A stretch of 64,000 nucleotides of DNA from NCBI GenBank assembly GCA_905234185.1, contig CAJOGC010000002.1:103949-167948 (forward strand), given 5' to 3'. Each line of letters opens with the position of its first letter. Position 1 is the stretch's first letter. Below, one piece after another: positions 55,579 to 64,000 of this stretch. Under the pieces are notes generated by a model. The model saw only the letters and a list, made by a program, of their open reading frames with translations, had not been told where the DNA came from and did not search any database. The DNA comes from an uncultured Alphaproteobacteria bacterium (GTDB taxonomy: Bacteria > Pseudomonadota > Alphaproteobacteria > Rs-D84). A program made the position numbers and the translations under genes.

Positions 55579-56817
55579 ATGAATATCATCCGGCGGATTT
55601 TACCGTGCATATTTTTGGCGGCAATGTTTGTTGTGCCCATGCCTGCATTGGCCGAATGGGGTGTTGTTGACCGATTAAATCTTGCGCCGTTTATACCACT
55701 GGTATTGGACGCAATGATGGCAATTGCATCCGGCGGATATGAATTCTTTGTTGGGAATGGCGACGGTATTATTTATCTTTTGGTATGGGGATTTTTAGCG
55801 ATAACGATTGCATTATACCTTGTAAAATTATATTTACCAAAAAATTGGTCGGGAATATTTGGTTTTTCTGGTGGTGGCGAAATGGCGGACGGAAAAATCG
55901 GGGTCCAAACCATCATTTACAATGTCCTTAAGCCATGTATGCGTGGAATAATCGCGGCCGCAATTCTATTACAAATTCGCCCGGTTATGTTGACCGAAGT
56001 GCTTGTTAACCCGTTTTTACAGTTTGGCGCACTGTATACCCATGCCATTACGGAAACCATTAATGACACCGGTGTTAATACGCAAAAAATCAAATGTCCT
56101 GAATCCATAGTGCAAAAAGAATGGATTTCGGAATCTTCGTGCAATTTTCTGATTCAATCAGTATCTGATTTGTCGGCGGCAAACAATACCATTATTAAGC
56201 GCGGCTTCGAATACATTACATCTGGATTTGCCGGATTAATGACAATATTTCCGCGTGGCGAACACGCATTTCTGAATATTATTACCGGTGTAATTTTAGT
56301 TGCGACTTTTTTCAGCAGCAATCTTTTCATGGCATTGCTGATTATAGAGGCAATATTTAGATTTGGTATGGCATTGGTGTTATATCCATTTCATGTTTTA
56401 TCATATGTTGCAAAGCCTAATGATAAATGGCTGGACATATGGCCTGCATTCGCCGGTATTACCAAAGAATTGCAAAGACTGGTTATCACAATGATTATGT
56501 GTTCATTTATGCTGTGCATAAACATTGCAATTATACGGGCACTGTTCACATGGAACACATCCATATTTACGGTTGCGTCCGATGGTGTCGTACCCGGCGG
56601 ATTCGGATCACATTCTATATTGTGGCTGTCATCGATATTAACATTTTATCTGATGTTCAAATTATTTAACATGACACAAAGACAACTGGAAACATATGTC
56701 GGTGGTCGCGGTGAATTGTATGACCAAGTGATTGGCGACACAAAAACACTTTGGTCACGAATCAAAGATACAACAAAAACAATCGGCATGTCCGCTGGAT
56801 GGATTAAAAAGAAATGA
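55579..56817 (+). CDS. VirB6/TrbL-like polytopic membrane protein, paralog 2
   Basis: It has a signal peptide (FVVPMPALA), multiple TM helices, a central-loop Cys pair (KCPES...SSCNF), the block LVLYPFHVLSYVAKPNDKW, and a KKK tail. Confidence 0.5.
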   Translation: MNIIRRILPCIFLAAMFVVPMPALAEWGVVDRLNLAPFIPLVLDAMMAIASGGYEFFVGNGDGIIYLLVWGFLAITIALYLVKLYLPKNWSGIFGFSGGGEMADGKIGVQTIIYNVLKPCMRGIIAAAILLQIRPVMLTEVLVNPFLQFGALYTHAITETINDTGVNTQKIKCPESIVQKEWISESSCNFLIQSVSDLSAANNTIIKRGFEYITSGFAGLMTIFPRGEHAFLNIITGVILVATFFSSNLFMALLIIEAIFRFGMALVLYPFHVLSYVAKPNDKWLDIWPAFAGITKELQRLVITMIMCSFMLCINIAIIRALFTWNTSIFTVASDGVVPGGFGSHSILWLSSILTFYLMFKLFNMTQRQLETYVGGRGELYDQVIGDTKTLWSRIKDTTKTIGMSAGWIKKK

Positions 56818-58025
56818 ACAATATCGCAGGCAATTTTATCGATGGCGTTGTGCAGTGCTATGGCTGTCCGATATTTGATCGGCTTTTCCAGATTGTATCC
56901 AGCGCCGCCGCCGCGGTTTATAATAAAATGGCATTTTTGGCCACATTGATATTCTGTGTATTGTTTGCATTTTTTGTAGTCAATGCGGTGTGGCAAAACA
57001 TTAAAAAAGATATTCCCGATCCGTGGTACCAAAAATCCGTACGACCGGTTATAATTAACTCTTTGGTGGCGCTGACATTTTTATGGATGGGTGTCGGATT
57101 GCCACGGCTTATCACCACAGCAACATTTGAACCCGTCGCCCAGATATCATTAATCTATACACAAAGCATGCTTAATATCGACGAAAAAATTGTTAATGAG
57201 CGCGTCACATATCAACCCATCCAGATGAATGACGATGGTTTTTTCACAGTCGGTTTACGCGACAAAGTAATTATGCTTATGAAAACAACAATAACGCAAT
57301 TCCAGTCTTATATGAAACTGGGCATCGCGGTTATGGATACCGCATTCTCTTGGCGCGCATTGCTGGGGGTTGGTGCATTAATTAAGCATATAATTTTGTT
57401 CTTTATCGGATTGTATATTTTTTGGGCATTTTTTAGATTGTTTTTCAGATTCTGTTGTTATTTTGCAGATATAATTGTCGCGATGGCCATGTTTGCATTT
57501 TTCTTTCCTTTATCATTAGTGCTTATCGCGTTTCGTGGCGCAGATAGTGTTCCGTCTTGGATATCGGGGTTGGGCAAAGATGTTGGTCTAAATCAATTGA
57601 AAAATCTTGTTAATGCAATCATCGCATTATCTGCCGCGGTTATAACATATACGGTTGTCATGGTAATCATCGCAAAGTTTTTTGCATCCCCAGATGCGTC
57701 CGTCAACGATATTATGAATGCAATTACAACGGGGAATATATTCGACCTGGATTTATCGGATGACAACCTGGCAATGCTTAGTGTTACGGGAACGCTTGTG
57801 CTGGTTTATGTTGTGAATTTTATAACAAGCAAAAAACAAATATCCGAAGTCACTAAAATGATATTATCTGCATTTAATGTAAGCACCAAAAATGATGTTA
57901 GCGAACAATTAGCAAATGATGCAATGCAATTAACATCGGCGGCATTAAAAACCGCGAAACAAATTGGCACAACCATCATATCCGGTGGTGATAAAAAGGA
58001 TGACAAAGCACCAGATAAAAAATGA
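56814..58025 (+). CDS. VirB6/TrbL-like polytopic membrane protein, paralog 3
   Basis: The start overlaps the previous stop (ATGA). It has an N-terminal CYGCPIF motif, the block FFFPLSLVLIAFRG, and a Lys/Asp-rich tail. Confidence 0.5.
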   Translation: MNNIAGNFIDGVVQCYGCPIFDRLFQIVSSAAAAVYNKMAFLATLIFCVLFAFFVVNAVWQNIKKDIPDPWYQKSVRPVIINSLVALTFLWMGVGLPRLITTATFEPVAQISLIYTQSMLNIDEKIVNERVTYQPIQMNDDGFFTVGLRDKVIMLMKTTITQFQSYMKLGIAVMDTAFSWRALLGVGALIKHIILFFIGLYIFWAFFRLFFRFCCYFADIIVAMAMFAFFFPLSLVLIAFRGADSVPSWISGLGKDVGLNQLKNLVNAIIALSAAVITYTVVMVIIAKFFASPDASVNDIMNAITTGNIFDLDLSDDNLAMLSVTGTLVLVYVVNFITSKKQISEVTKMILSAFNVSTKNDVSEQLANDAMQLTSAALKTAKQIGTTIISGGDKKDDKAPDKK

Positions 58026-59458
58026 AAGCACAGGTAATATTAATTCTTGTTCGTTTTATTATGGGCGCAATCGCGTTGGGACTGGGCATTTGGTATCTGT
58101 CGTCATCCATTAGCGGTGATTCGATAACATACACCAGTATGGACAACTTTCTGAATGCTATTGGTGCAGGTGACGATATTGCCAACGCAAACGGTTGCTT
58201 TATGTGCAAATACATTACCGAATTATTTGGGGTATTGGGACGTGCAACGGAATTATTCTGGAATGCGATTGTGGGTCATCTTTGGTTATTAATGGCATTG
58301 GGATTTGGTGTGTTTTTGGTTGTATACACGGGACGCTATATTTTCGATGCGGCCAAAAAGACTGCGACATTGGACACATCTGAAAAGAAAATAGAAATCA
58401 TGACATGGTTCAACCGTGTATGGCGCCAAGGTGTACGTGTTTTAATTGCCGGCGCGTTTCTTGGCGTATTTGGCATGGGTGGCACAACCGCACTAAAATA
58501 TGTGACAAAAATCACCGTGACTCCGGTGATGTTTGTCGGGGCTGAATTAGGGATGGTGGCATCCGGCGTATCAAGTGCAACCCAGTGTGGCGCAATGGGA
58601 ACCGTTGCTGATTCGGATGATATACTTAATCCTGTATTACAGCCGTTTATGTGTTCGATTGGAAACCTGAATGCCGTGATGCTTGCGGGTGCCGGTGGCG
58701 GTTTTTCATTAATGAATTATGCGTGGTTGGGTATGGGCGGCGGTGCGATTACCTGGGTCGCGGGGCTTGCACTGGTCATTATGTTTTTGATTATCGGATT
58801 TGATTTATTTTTTCAGGTATTAAGTATCGTTATGAAATTAATATTCATTATTATATTCATGCCGTTATTTATCGCGGCATATGCGTTTGAACCCGTATGG
58901 AAAGCCATGTCAAATTTGACATCCCGTGCATTAGACATGCTGGTATCATCCGCTGTAAAAATTGTCGGCATATCATTAAAGGTCGTGATTTTATATGCAA
59001 CCGTATCATATTCTGCTGATGCGTTTTTCCCGGGACCCGTTGATGGGTTTAGTACTATTTTACCGCCAATGATGGGTCAAACGGTTGAAAATCCAGATGC
59101 ACAAACACTTTCTGTAATAAATACATTCCGTGAATGCGAACATGTTGCATTGGTTAATGGTGAAATGGATAAAGATTTATTCAAAAATTGCTTTACTGCG
59201 CACCGCGCAACCGTAGAGCGCAAATATCCCGGTGCTTTTGACTTTATGGGCGACGGGTGGGGATTTATGATGCTGATGATTGGTCTGTTTGCGTTGTATT
59301 ATTGGGTCGTTTCGCCAAAAATCGATGCTATACTAACACCCACAAAGGGAACAGAATCATTCGATTTCGGCACTAATATAAAGCAACTTGGTAAAAACAT
59401 TTGGAAATCTCCCATCCAAATAACGGAAAAAATAATATCTGTATTCGGCAAAAAATGA
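58022..59458 (+). CDS. VirB6/TrbL-like polytopic membrane protein, paralog 4
   Basis: The start overlaps the previous stop (ATGA). It has a CFMCKYI motif, a loop Cys pair (QCGAM...FMCSIG), and IIFMPLFIAAYAFEPVWKAM, which is close to the VirB6 ...GPLILTGYIFDRT...W pattern. Confidence 0.55.
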   Translation: MKAQVILILVRFIMGAIALGLGIWYLSSSISGDSITYTSMDNFLNAIGAGDDIANANGCFMCKYITELFGVLGRATELFWNAIVGHLWLLMALGFGVFLVVYTGRYIFDAAKKTATLDTSEKKIEIMTWFNRVWRQGVRVLIAGAFLGVFGMGGTTALKYVTKITVTPVMFVGAELGMVASGVSSATQCGAMGTVADSDDILNPVLQPFMCSIGNLNAVMLAGAGGGFSLMNYAWLGMGGGAITWVAGLALVIMFLIIGFDLFFQVLSIVMKLIFIIIFMPLFIAAYAFEPVWKAMSNLTSRALDMLVSSAVKIVGISLKVVILYATVSYSADAFFPGPVDGFSTILPPMMGQTVENPDAQTLSVINTFRECEHVALVNGEMDKDLFKNCFTAHRATVERKYPGAFDFMGDGWGFMMLMIGLFALYYWVVSPKIDAILTPTKGTESFDFGTNIKQLGKNIWKSPIQITEKIISVFGKK

Positions 59459-60765
59459 TGAAATATATTAAACAATTTTTATCAAAAATGCTTATCGCGA
59501 TTATGTGCATATCGCTGTCGTTTTCTGCGATTGCTGCATCGGATACACCATCTGGGGACATGGGCGAACACGAAACATTCGTGACCGAACACAGCATAAC
59601 AATGTTTAATAGTTCATTGACCGATGACGTCACGCAATTCCAAGACGGTTTCCAGAAACAACTTGTTCGTGATTATGTCCCAATCGAAGCACGTGTTGGC
59701 ATCGCCATGATGAATGGGTTAACACATGTTGCAAAAATATTGGATACTTCTCTTGTCCATTTTATGGTTATTTTCATAATCGTAATGTATCTGTTCTGGA
59801 TAATGTTCGAAGGATACAATTTTGTCCAAAAAGGCGATGGTAATATTAAAAAGTTAATTATGGACATCGGTAAAAAAGCAATATGGATTATCATTTGGGT
59901 TTCTGTTCTTGAATTCGGACCAGCACGTTTATTCATGTGGGCGATGGGTCCAATTGTTTCGATTGGAACAGCATTGTCGGATTTTATACTAAACGCGGTT
60001 GCATCTGTATCTGGTGCAATTTTACCGGACACATGTGGGGCAATTCGCGAATATGCCGTGGCAAACACGGCCCCGGACATGCTTATTGACGCAACCGCCG
60101 CGGCCGATTTAATGTGTGTTCCATCGCGCTTATCTGGATTCTTTACAACTGGTATTGTTGCGGGTTGGAAATGGATGATTGCCGGTATTGGCCACAGCGC
60201 ATTTAGTTTTACCATGGGCGCAATATTTATAATAGTCTTTGCATGGAACGCATGGAAATTCGCATTAATGGCACTGGGGGTTATAATGGATTTGTTTTTA
60301 GGGGTATTGTTGCTGCCATTTACGGCGTTTGCTGAAACAATAACCCCGACATCGTACAAGGGGCTGGCCGGGAATATATTTAATGGATTTCTTAAACTAT
60401 TTAATCCAGGATCGGTTAAATTGGACGCGCAAATAAATCGTTTTATAAATGCAGCGATTTATTTTGTATCATTGTCGATTGTAATCGCTGTTTGTGCGGC
60501 GTTGCTTTATGGCGTAATTGGGTCAGATTTATCGGCCACGGTTCCAACGCTTGAAAACGATGGTTTTATTCCGACATTGCTTACCGGGTTATTAGTCGGA
60601 TATTTTGCAAATATGGCCGGCGACATTGCCAAGAATGTTGGCGGTGGTGCGTCTGTTGACGCCACATTTGGCAACAATTTTGGCGAAGATGTAAAAACAT
60701 TAGCAAAAGATACATATAAAGTCGCCAAAGACTGGGCCAAAGCCATCGCAGAAAGCAAGAAATAA
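59455..60765 (+). CDS. VirB6/TrbL-like polytopic membrane protein, paralog 5
   Basis: The start is moved to ATG 59455 (MMKYIKQF..., signal peptide SFSAIAA), overlapping the previous stop. It has a loop Cys pair (DTCGAI...LMCVPS), the block LLLPFTAFAE, and a Lys-rich tail. Confidence 0.5.
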   Translation: MMKYIKQFLSKMLIAIMCISLSFSAIAASDTPSGDMGEHETFVTEHSITMFNSSLTDDVTQFQDGFQKQLVRDYVPIEARVGIAMMNGLTHVAKILDTSLVHFMVIFIIVMYLFWIMFEGYNFVQKGDGNIKKLIMDIGKKAIWIIIWVSVLEFGPARLFMWAMGPIVSIGTALSDFILNAVASVSGAILPDTCGAIREYAVANTAPDMLIDATAAADLMCVPSRLSGFFTTGIVAGWKWMIAGIGHSAFSFTMGAIFIIVFAWNAWKFALMALGVIMDLFLGVLLLPFTAFAETITPTSYKGLAGNIFNGFLKLFNPGSVKLDAQINRFINAAIYFVSLSIVIAVCAALLYGVIGSDLSATVPTLENDGFIPTLLTGLLVGYFANMAGDIAKNVGGGASVDATFGNNFGEDVKTLAKDTYKVAKDWAKAIAESKK

Positions 60766-60767
60766 TT

Positions 60768-62831
60768 TTATAAAACCGTTACGAAAGATTTCATAACATT
60801 TTTCATACCGTGTCGTCCAAATGCAACGGTCAACACATCGCCGTTTTCGGCAATTACCGTTCCATGCCCCAACTCTTTATGTTCCACCAACTTACCAACC
60901 ATTGTTGTCGGCATGACACGCGGTGTGACACTACGTGGCATCGATGCATACGAAGTACGCGTTGGACGGGCACCACCCTGGAAATCCAGATATCGTCCGT
61001 CCATTTCCGCAATAAACCGCGAAGGAGAATTATATTGACGCGACCCAAAAACCATTCGCGACATGGCATTCGAAATCACCGCACGTCGACGTGCGCGCGT
61101 AATCGCAACATATGCCAACCGGCGTTCTTCTTCCAATCCACCTTCGTCTATGGACTTTTCATTTGGGAATGCCCCCTCTTCCCACGCGGGCAAAAATACA
61201 GAATCAAACTCTAGCCCTTTGGCCGCGTGTATAGTCATAATACTGACAGCGTTTTTATCGGCCATGATTTTATCGTCTTCGTCATCATCGGTCGTCATTA
61301 ATGCCGCCTGCTCTAAAAACTCTGGCAAAGTGTCATATTTTGCAATTACATCTGTGATAAGTTCACGCACATTGTCCAAACGTTCGGCACTATCAGAATC
61401 CTTGGAATCGCGCCACATTTGTAAATATCCAGATTTTTCCAAAATATTCTGGGCGGCGTCACGCGGGGACATATCCATCCAGTCGAAATTAAATGCATCT
61501 AGAAAAGCGTCTGCATTTTCGCGTTGTTTAGCACTAAGTTGCGCAATCCTTAATGCCGCCATTAAATTTGGACCCGCCACCCGCAATTTATCGATTGCGG
61601 ATGCACCGAATCCGCGTCGTGGTTTTCCGATAACGCGTTGAAACGAAATATCATCAAATGGGTATACCAACAAACGCAGATATGCAATCGCATCACGTAT
61701 TTCCATCCGGTCATAGAATTTAGTCGCCCCGATTAAACGGTATGGAATGCCACGACGCGTAAATTCTTCTTCAAAAAGACGGCTAAAGCTACCTGCGCGA
61801 ATTAATATTGCATTTCTGGAAAAATCCCCTTCGCGCATAATTGCATCTGCAATAACACGCACTTCATCTAAATCTGATGGCACGGTTAAAACATATACCG
61901 GTTCACCCGATACATCTGAATGGACACTGCGTAAATCTTTGCCCAAACGCCCATTATTGTGACGAATTAAAGAGTTTGCCGCCCCAAGAATATTTTGTGT
62001 GCTGCGATAATTTGTTTCCAGTCGAATAATTTTGGCCTTTGGATAAGACTTATCAAATTCAAGAATATTTTTTATCTCGGCCCCGCGCCAAGAGTATATC
62101 GATTGGTCATCATCACCGACACAGCAAATATTCGGACTATCTGTCCCCCGGGTTAACATTTTCAGCAATTGCATTTGCGCGGCATTGGTATCTTGGAACT
62201 CATCGACCAAGATATACCTAAATTGATGTTCATAACGCGCCAAAATTTCGGGCTGGGCGTTAAAAAGTTGCAACACGCGCAAGATTATATCACCGAAATC
62301 AATCGCCCCCAAACGAGCCAATTCTGCATTATATGCAACAAACATCTTGTCAGTATTATCAAGCGCGCCCAATCCCCGGTCTTTAATAGCCGAGAATTGT
62401 TCGACATAGTCAGCGGGTGTTTTGGTTGTCTTTCCCATGTCCACCAAAAGCGACTTTACGACCGCCTTTTGATCATCTTCACCAAAGATAATAAAATCCT
62501 GACGCAGTCCAGCGGCGGCGGCATTGGCACGCAAAATGCGCAAGCATATCGAGTGAAATGTTCCGCACCATAAATCGCGCGCATTCCACCCCGCACCACT
62601 TTCCGCCAGCGCGACAATACGATTTTTCATTTCATTTGCGGCCTTGTTGGTAAAAGTTAACGCCAACACCTGCCATGGTTTGGCCAGACCACTGTTCAGA
62701 ATGTATGCAACGCGTGTTGTTAAAACGCGTGTTTTTCCAGTTCCGGCCCCAGACAGCACTAAAACCGGTCCTTCGGTCGTTGTGACCGCATCTAATTGCT
62801 CTGCATTAAGATTTGCTAGCATTGATTCCAT
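60768..62831 (-). CDS. uvrD: UvrD/Rep-family ATP-dependent DNA helicase
   Basis: Walker A (GAGTGKT), DEFQDTN, the YRS.Q.I block, and the C-terminal ...VAITRARR... are present. Confidence 0.9.
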   Translation of the reverse strand: MESMLANLNAEQLDAVTTTEGPVLVLSGAGTGKTRVLTTRVAYILNSGLAKPWQVLALTFTNKAANEMKNRIVALAESGAGWNARDLWCGTFHSICLRILRANAAAAGLRQDFIIFGEDDQKAVVKSLLVDMGKTTKTPADYVEQFSAIKDRGLGALDNTDKMFVAYNAELARLGAIDFGDIILRVLQLFNAQPEILARYEHQFRYILVDEFQDTNAAQMQLLKMLTRGTDSPNICCVGDDDQSIYSWRGAEIKNILEFDKSYPKAKIIRLETNYRSTQNILGAANSLIRHNNGRLGKDLRSVHSDVSGEPVYVLTVPSDLDEVRVIADAIMREGDFSRNAILIRAGSFSRLFEEEFTRRGIPYRLIGATKFYDRMEIRDAIAYLRLLVYPFDDISFQRVIGKPRRGFGASAIDKLRVAGPNLMAALRIAQLSAKQRENADAFLDAFNFDWMDMSPRDAAQNILEKSGYLQMWRDSKDSDSAERLDNVRELITDVIAKYDTLPEFLEQAALMTTDDDEDDKIMADKNAVSIMTIHAAKGLEFDSVFLPAWEEGAFPNEKSIDEGGLEEERRLAYVAITRARRRAVISNAMSRMVFGSRQYNSPSRFIAEMDGRYLDFQGGARPTRTSYASMPRSVTPRVMPTTMVGKLVEHKELGHGTVIAENGDVLTVAFGRHGMKNVMKSFVTVL

Positions 62832-62896
62832 CTTTTATTTATAATAGACTAAACTTTACGGAAAGACAATTCAACACATCTTTTTATGAGCGGATT

Positions 62897-63574
62897 ATGA
62901 AAAGAATCATTTGTTTTGATATTGAAACAACAGGGCTGGAATACATGCGCGGCGACCGCTGCATTGAAATTGGCGCGGTTGAAATTGCGGACGGAAAAAT
63001 TACAGAAAACACTTTCCATGAATATATAAATCCAGACGGGAAAATTATTCCACCCGATTCGTACATGGTTCATAAAATTTCTAATGCGTTTCTAGAAGAC
63101 AAACCAAAAATGTCGGTAATCGCACCGCGATTTCTTGAATTTATTGGTGACGCGCCGATTGTCGCACATAACGGATTGGATTTTGACTTTAAATTTATGA
63201 ATCATGAACTGGAAATGCTTGGGTTGCCAATAATCCCACGACAACAACAACTAGATTCCATTGTAATCGCGCGCAATCGTGTATTTGGCCCCAAAAGTTA
63301 TTCGCTGGACGCCCTTGCGAAATGGTATGGGATTTCACTAACTGCCCGCGCAGATGCGCACGGCGCCCTTATTGATGCCGAAATTTTAGCCAAGGTGTTT
63401 TTGGAACTTGAAAACACCGCCCCCGCACCGGATATAAACGATATAATTGCGGACCAGCATGCGGCTTTTTTATCGCACCCTAAAATAGGTGCTGATTTCC
63501 CACGTCGCACATTTGCCGTTCACGATGAAGAAATGGCTAACCACAACGCACTTATGGCAAAAATAGCTGGCTAA
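62897..63574 (+). CDS. dnaQ: DNA polymerase III subunit epsilon (3'-5' exonuclease)
   Basis: Exo I (ICFDIETTGL), Exo II (VAHNGLDFDFKF) and Exo III (HGALIDAEILA) are present. The start is moved to ATG 62897. Confidence 0.9.
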   Translation: MKRIICFDIETTGLEYMRGDRCIEIGAVEIADGKITENTFHEYINPDGKIIPPDSYMVHKISNAFLEDKPKMSVIAPRFLEFIGDAPIVAHNGLDFDFKFMNHELEMLGLPIIPRQQQLDSIVIARNRVFGPKSYSLDALAKWYGISLTARADAHGALIDAEILAKVFLELENTAPAPDINDIIADQHAAFLSHPKIGADFPRRTFAVHDEEMANHNALMAKIAG

Positions 63575-63584
63575 ATAAGTTCAA

Positions 63585-63610
63585 TAAAAAATCCCGCGTT
63601 TGCGGGATTT
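63585..63610. terminator. bidirectional terminator between dnaQ and rpmA
   Basis: AAAAAATCCCGCgtttGCGGGATTT. Confidence 0.7.
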
Positions 63611-63612
63611 AA

Positions 63613-63879
63613 TTATTTAGATTCCTGTTCCGGTTCAACCGATACAGTTTTTCGATCGCCCAGACCGCGTTTGAACTTCACAATTCCCGCGATTTTCGCG
63701 AAAATGGTGTGATCTTTACCCATACCAACATTCAACCCCGGGTGCACCGCGGTACCGCGTTGACGAATGATGATATTACCTGGGATAACGTGGCTGCCGC
63801 CAGACTTCTTAATACCAAGTCTGCGTCCGGCTGAATCGCGTCCGTTACTGGTTGACGTACCTGCTTTCTTATGTGCCAT
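63613..63879 (-). CDS. rpmA: 50S ribosomal protein L27
   Basis: [25 protein letters not shown]... Confidence 0.95.
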   Translation of the reverse strand: MAHKKAGTSTSNGRDSAGRRLGIKKSGGSHVIPGNIIIRQRGTAVHPGLNVGMGKDHTIFAKIAGIVKFKRGLGDRKTVSVEPEQESK

Positions 63880-63891
63880 AGTTCAAACTCC

Positions 63892-64000
63892 TTAGCCCTT
63901 GATATCCGTTATTTTCAGAACAGTAATGAACTGACGATGCCCCCGTGTCCGACGATAGTTTTGACGACGTTTTTTCTTGAACACCAAAACCTTATCAGCG
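63892..64000 (-). CDS. rplU: 50S ribosomal protein L21 (3' part; 5' end outside window)
   Basis: Manual translation of the minus strand gives ...[35 protein letters not shown]. This is a typical L21 C-terminus, and the gene lies upstream of rpmA. Confidence 0.85.
   Translation of the reverse strand, partial: ADKVLVFKKKRRQNYRRTRGHRQFITVLKITDIKG

Overview
This is a 64-kb chromosomal window that looks moderately AT-rich by eye. No search or folding tools were used, so every call rests on motifs read from the ORF translations and on repeats or hairpins read from the DNA.

Gene content points to an alphaproteobacterium with a host-associated, Rickettsiales/Holosporales-like lifestyle. This is an inference from four things: a DUF2312/GapR-family gene, SPOR-tagged envelope proteins, scattered type IV secretion (T4SS) genes, and many short palindromic repeat families.

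Most of the window is housekeeping:
- Envelope and transport: yidC, lspA, a Kef-type antiporter, an S11 carboxypeptidase, mraY-ftsW-murG, a class A PBP, and a MarR-TolC-MFP-RND efflux operon.
- DNA and RNA functions: rsmA, recR, comEC, truA, rmuC, gyrA, comF, uvrD and dnaQ.
- Translation and metabolism: fmt, def, valS, pyk, pyrG, rpmH, rpmE, rpmA, rplU, tRNA-Gln and tRNA-Glu.

The accessory content is the interesting part:
1. A virB9-like/virB10-like pair with atypical domain additions sits at the left edge.
2. Five paralogous VirB6/TrbL-like membrane proteins form an array at 54.2-60.8 kb, detached from other T4SS genes. Its divergent promoter region carries a perfect 12-6-12 palindrome.
3. 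A ~200-nt unit running from a promoter to a terminator occurs twice, upstream of unrelated accessory genes (17.2 kb and 26.8 kb). The two copies differ by compensatory base changes and have an attenuator-like layout. This is my best candidate for something undescribed.
4. A palindromic element lies upstream of both tRNA genes, preceded each time by an exact copy of tRNA nucleotides 1-11.
5. A DUF559 endonuclease gene sits in the centre of an inverted-repeat element, and an ORF-less copy of that element lies 22 kb away.
6. A homing-endonuclease-like protein carries five zinc ribbons.
7. Several single-gene cassettes (NADAR, NlpC/P60-like) are flanked by direct duplications of neighbouring sequence.

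No CRISPR array, rRNA gene, transposase or integrase gene was seen.
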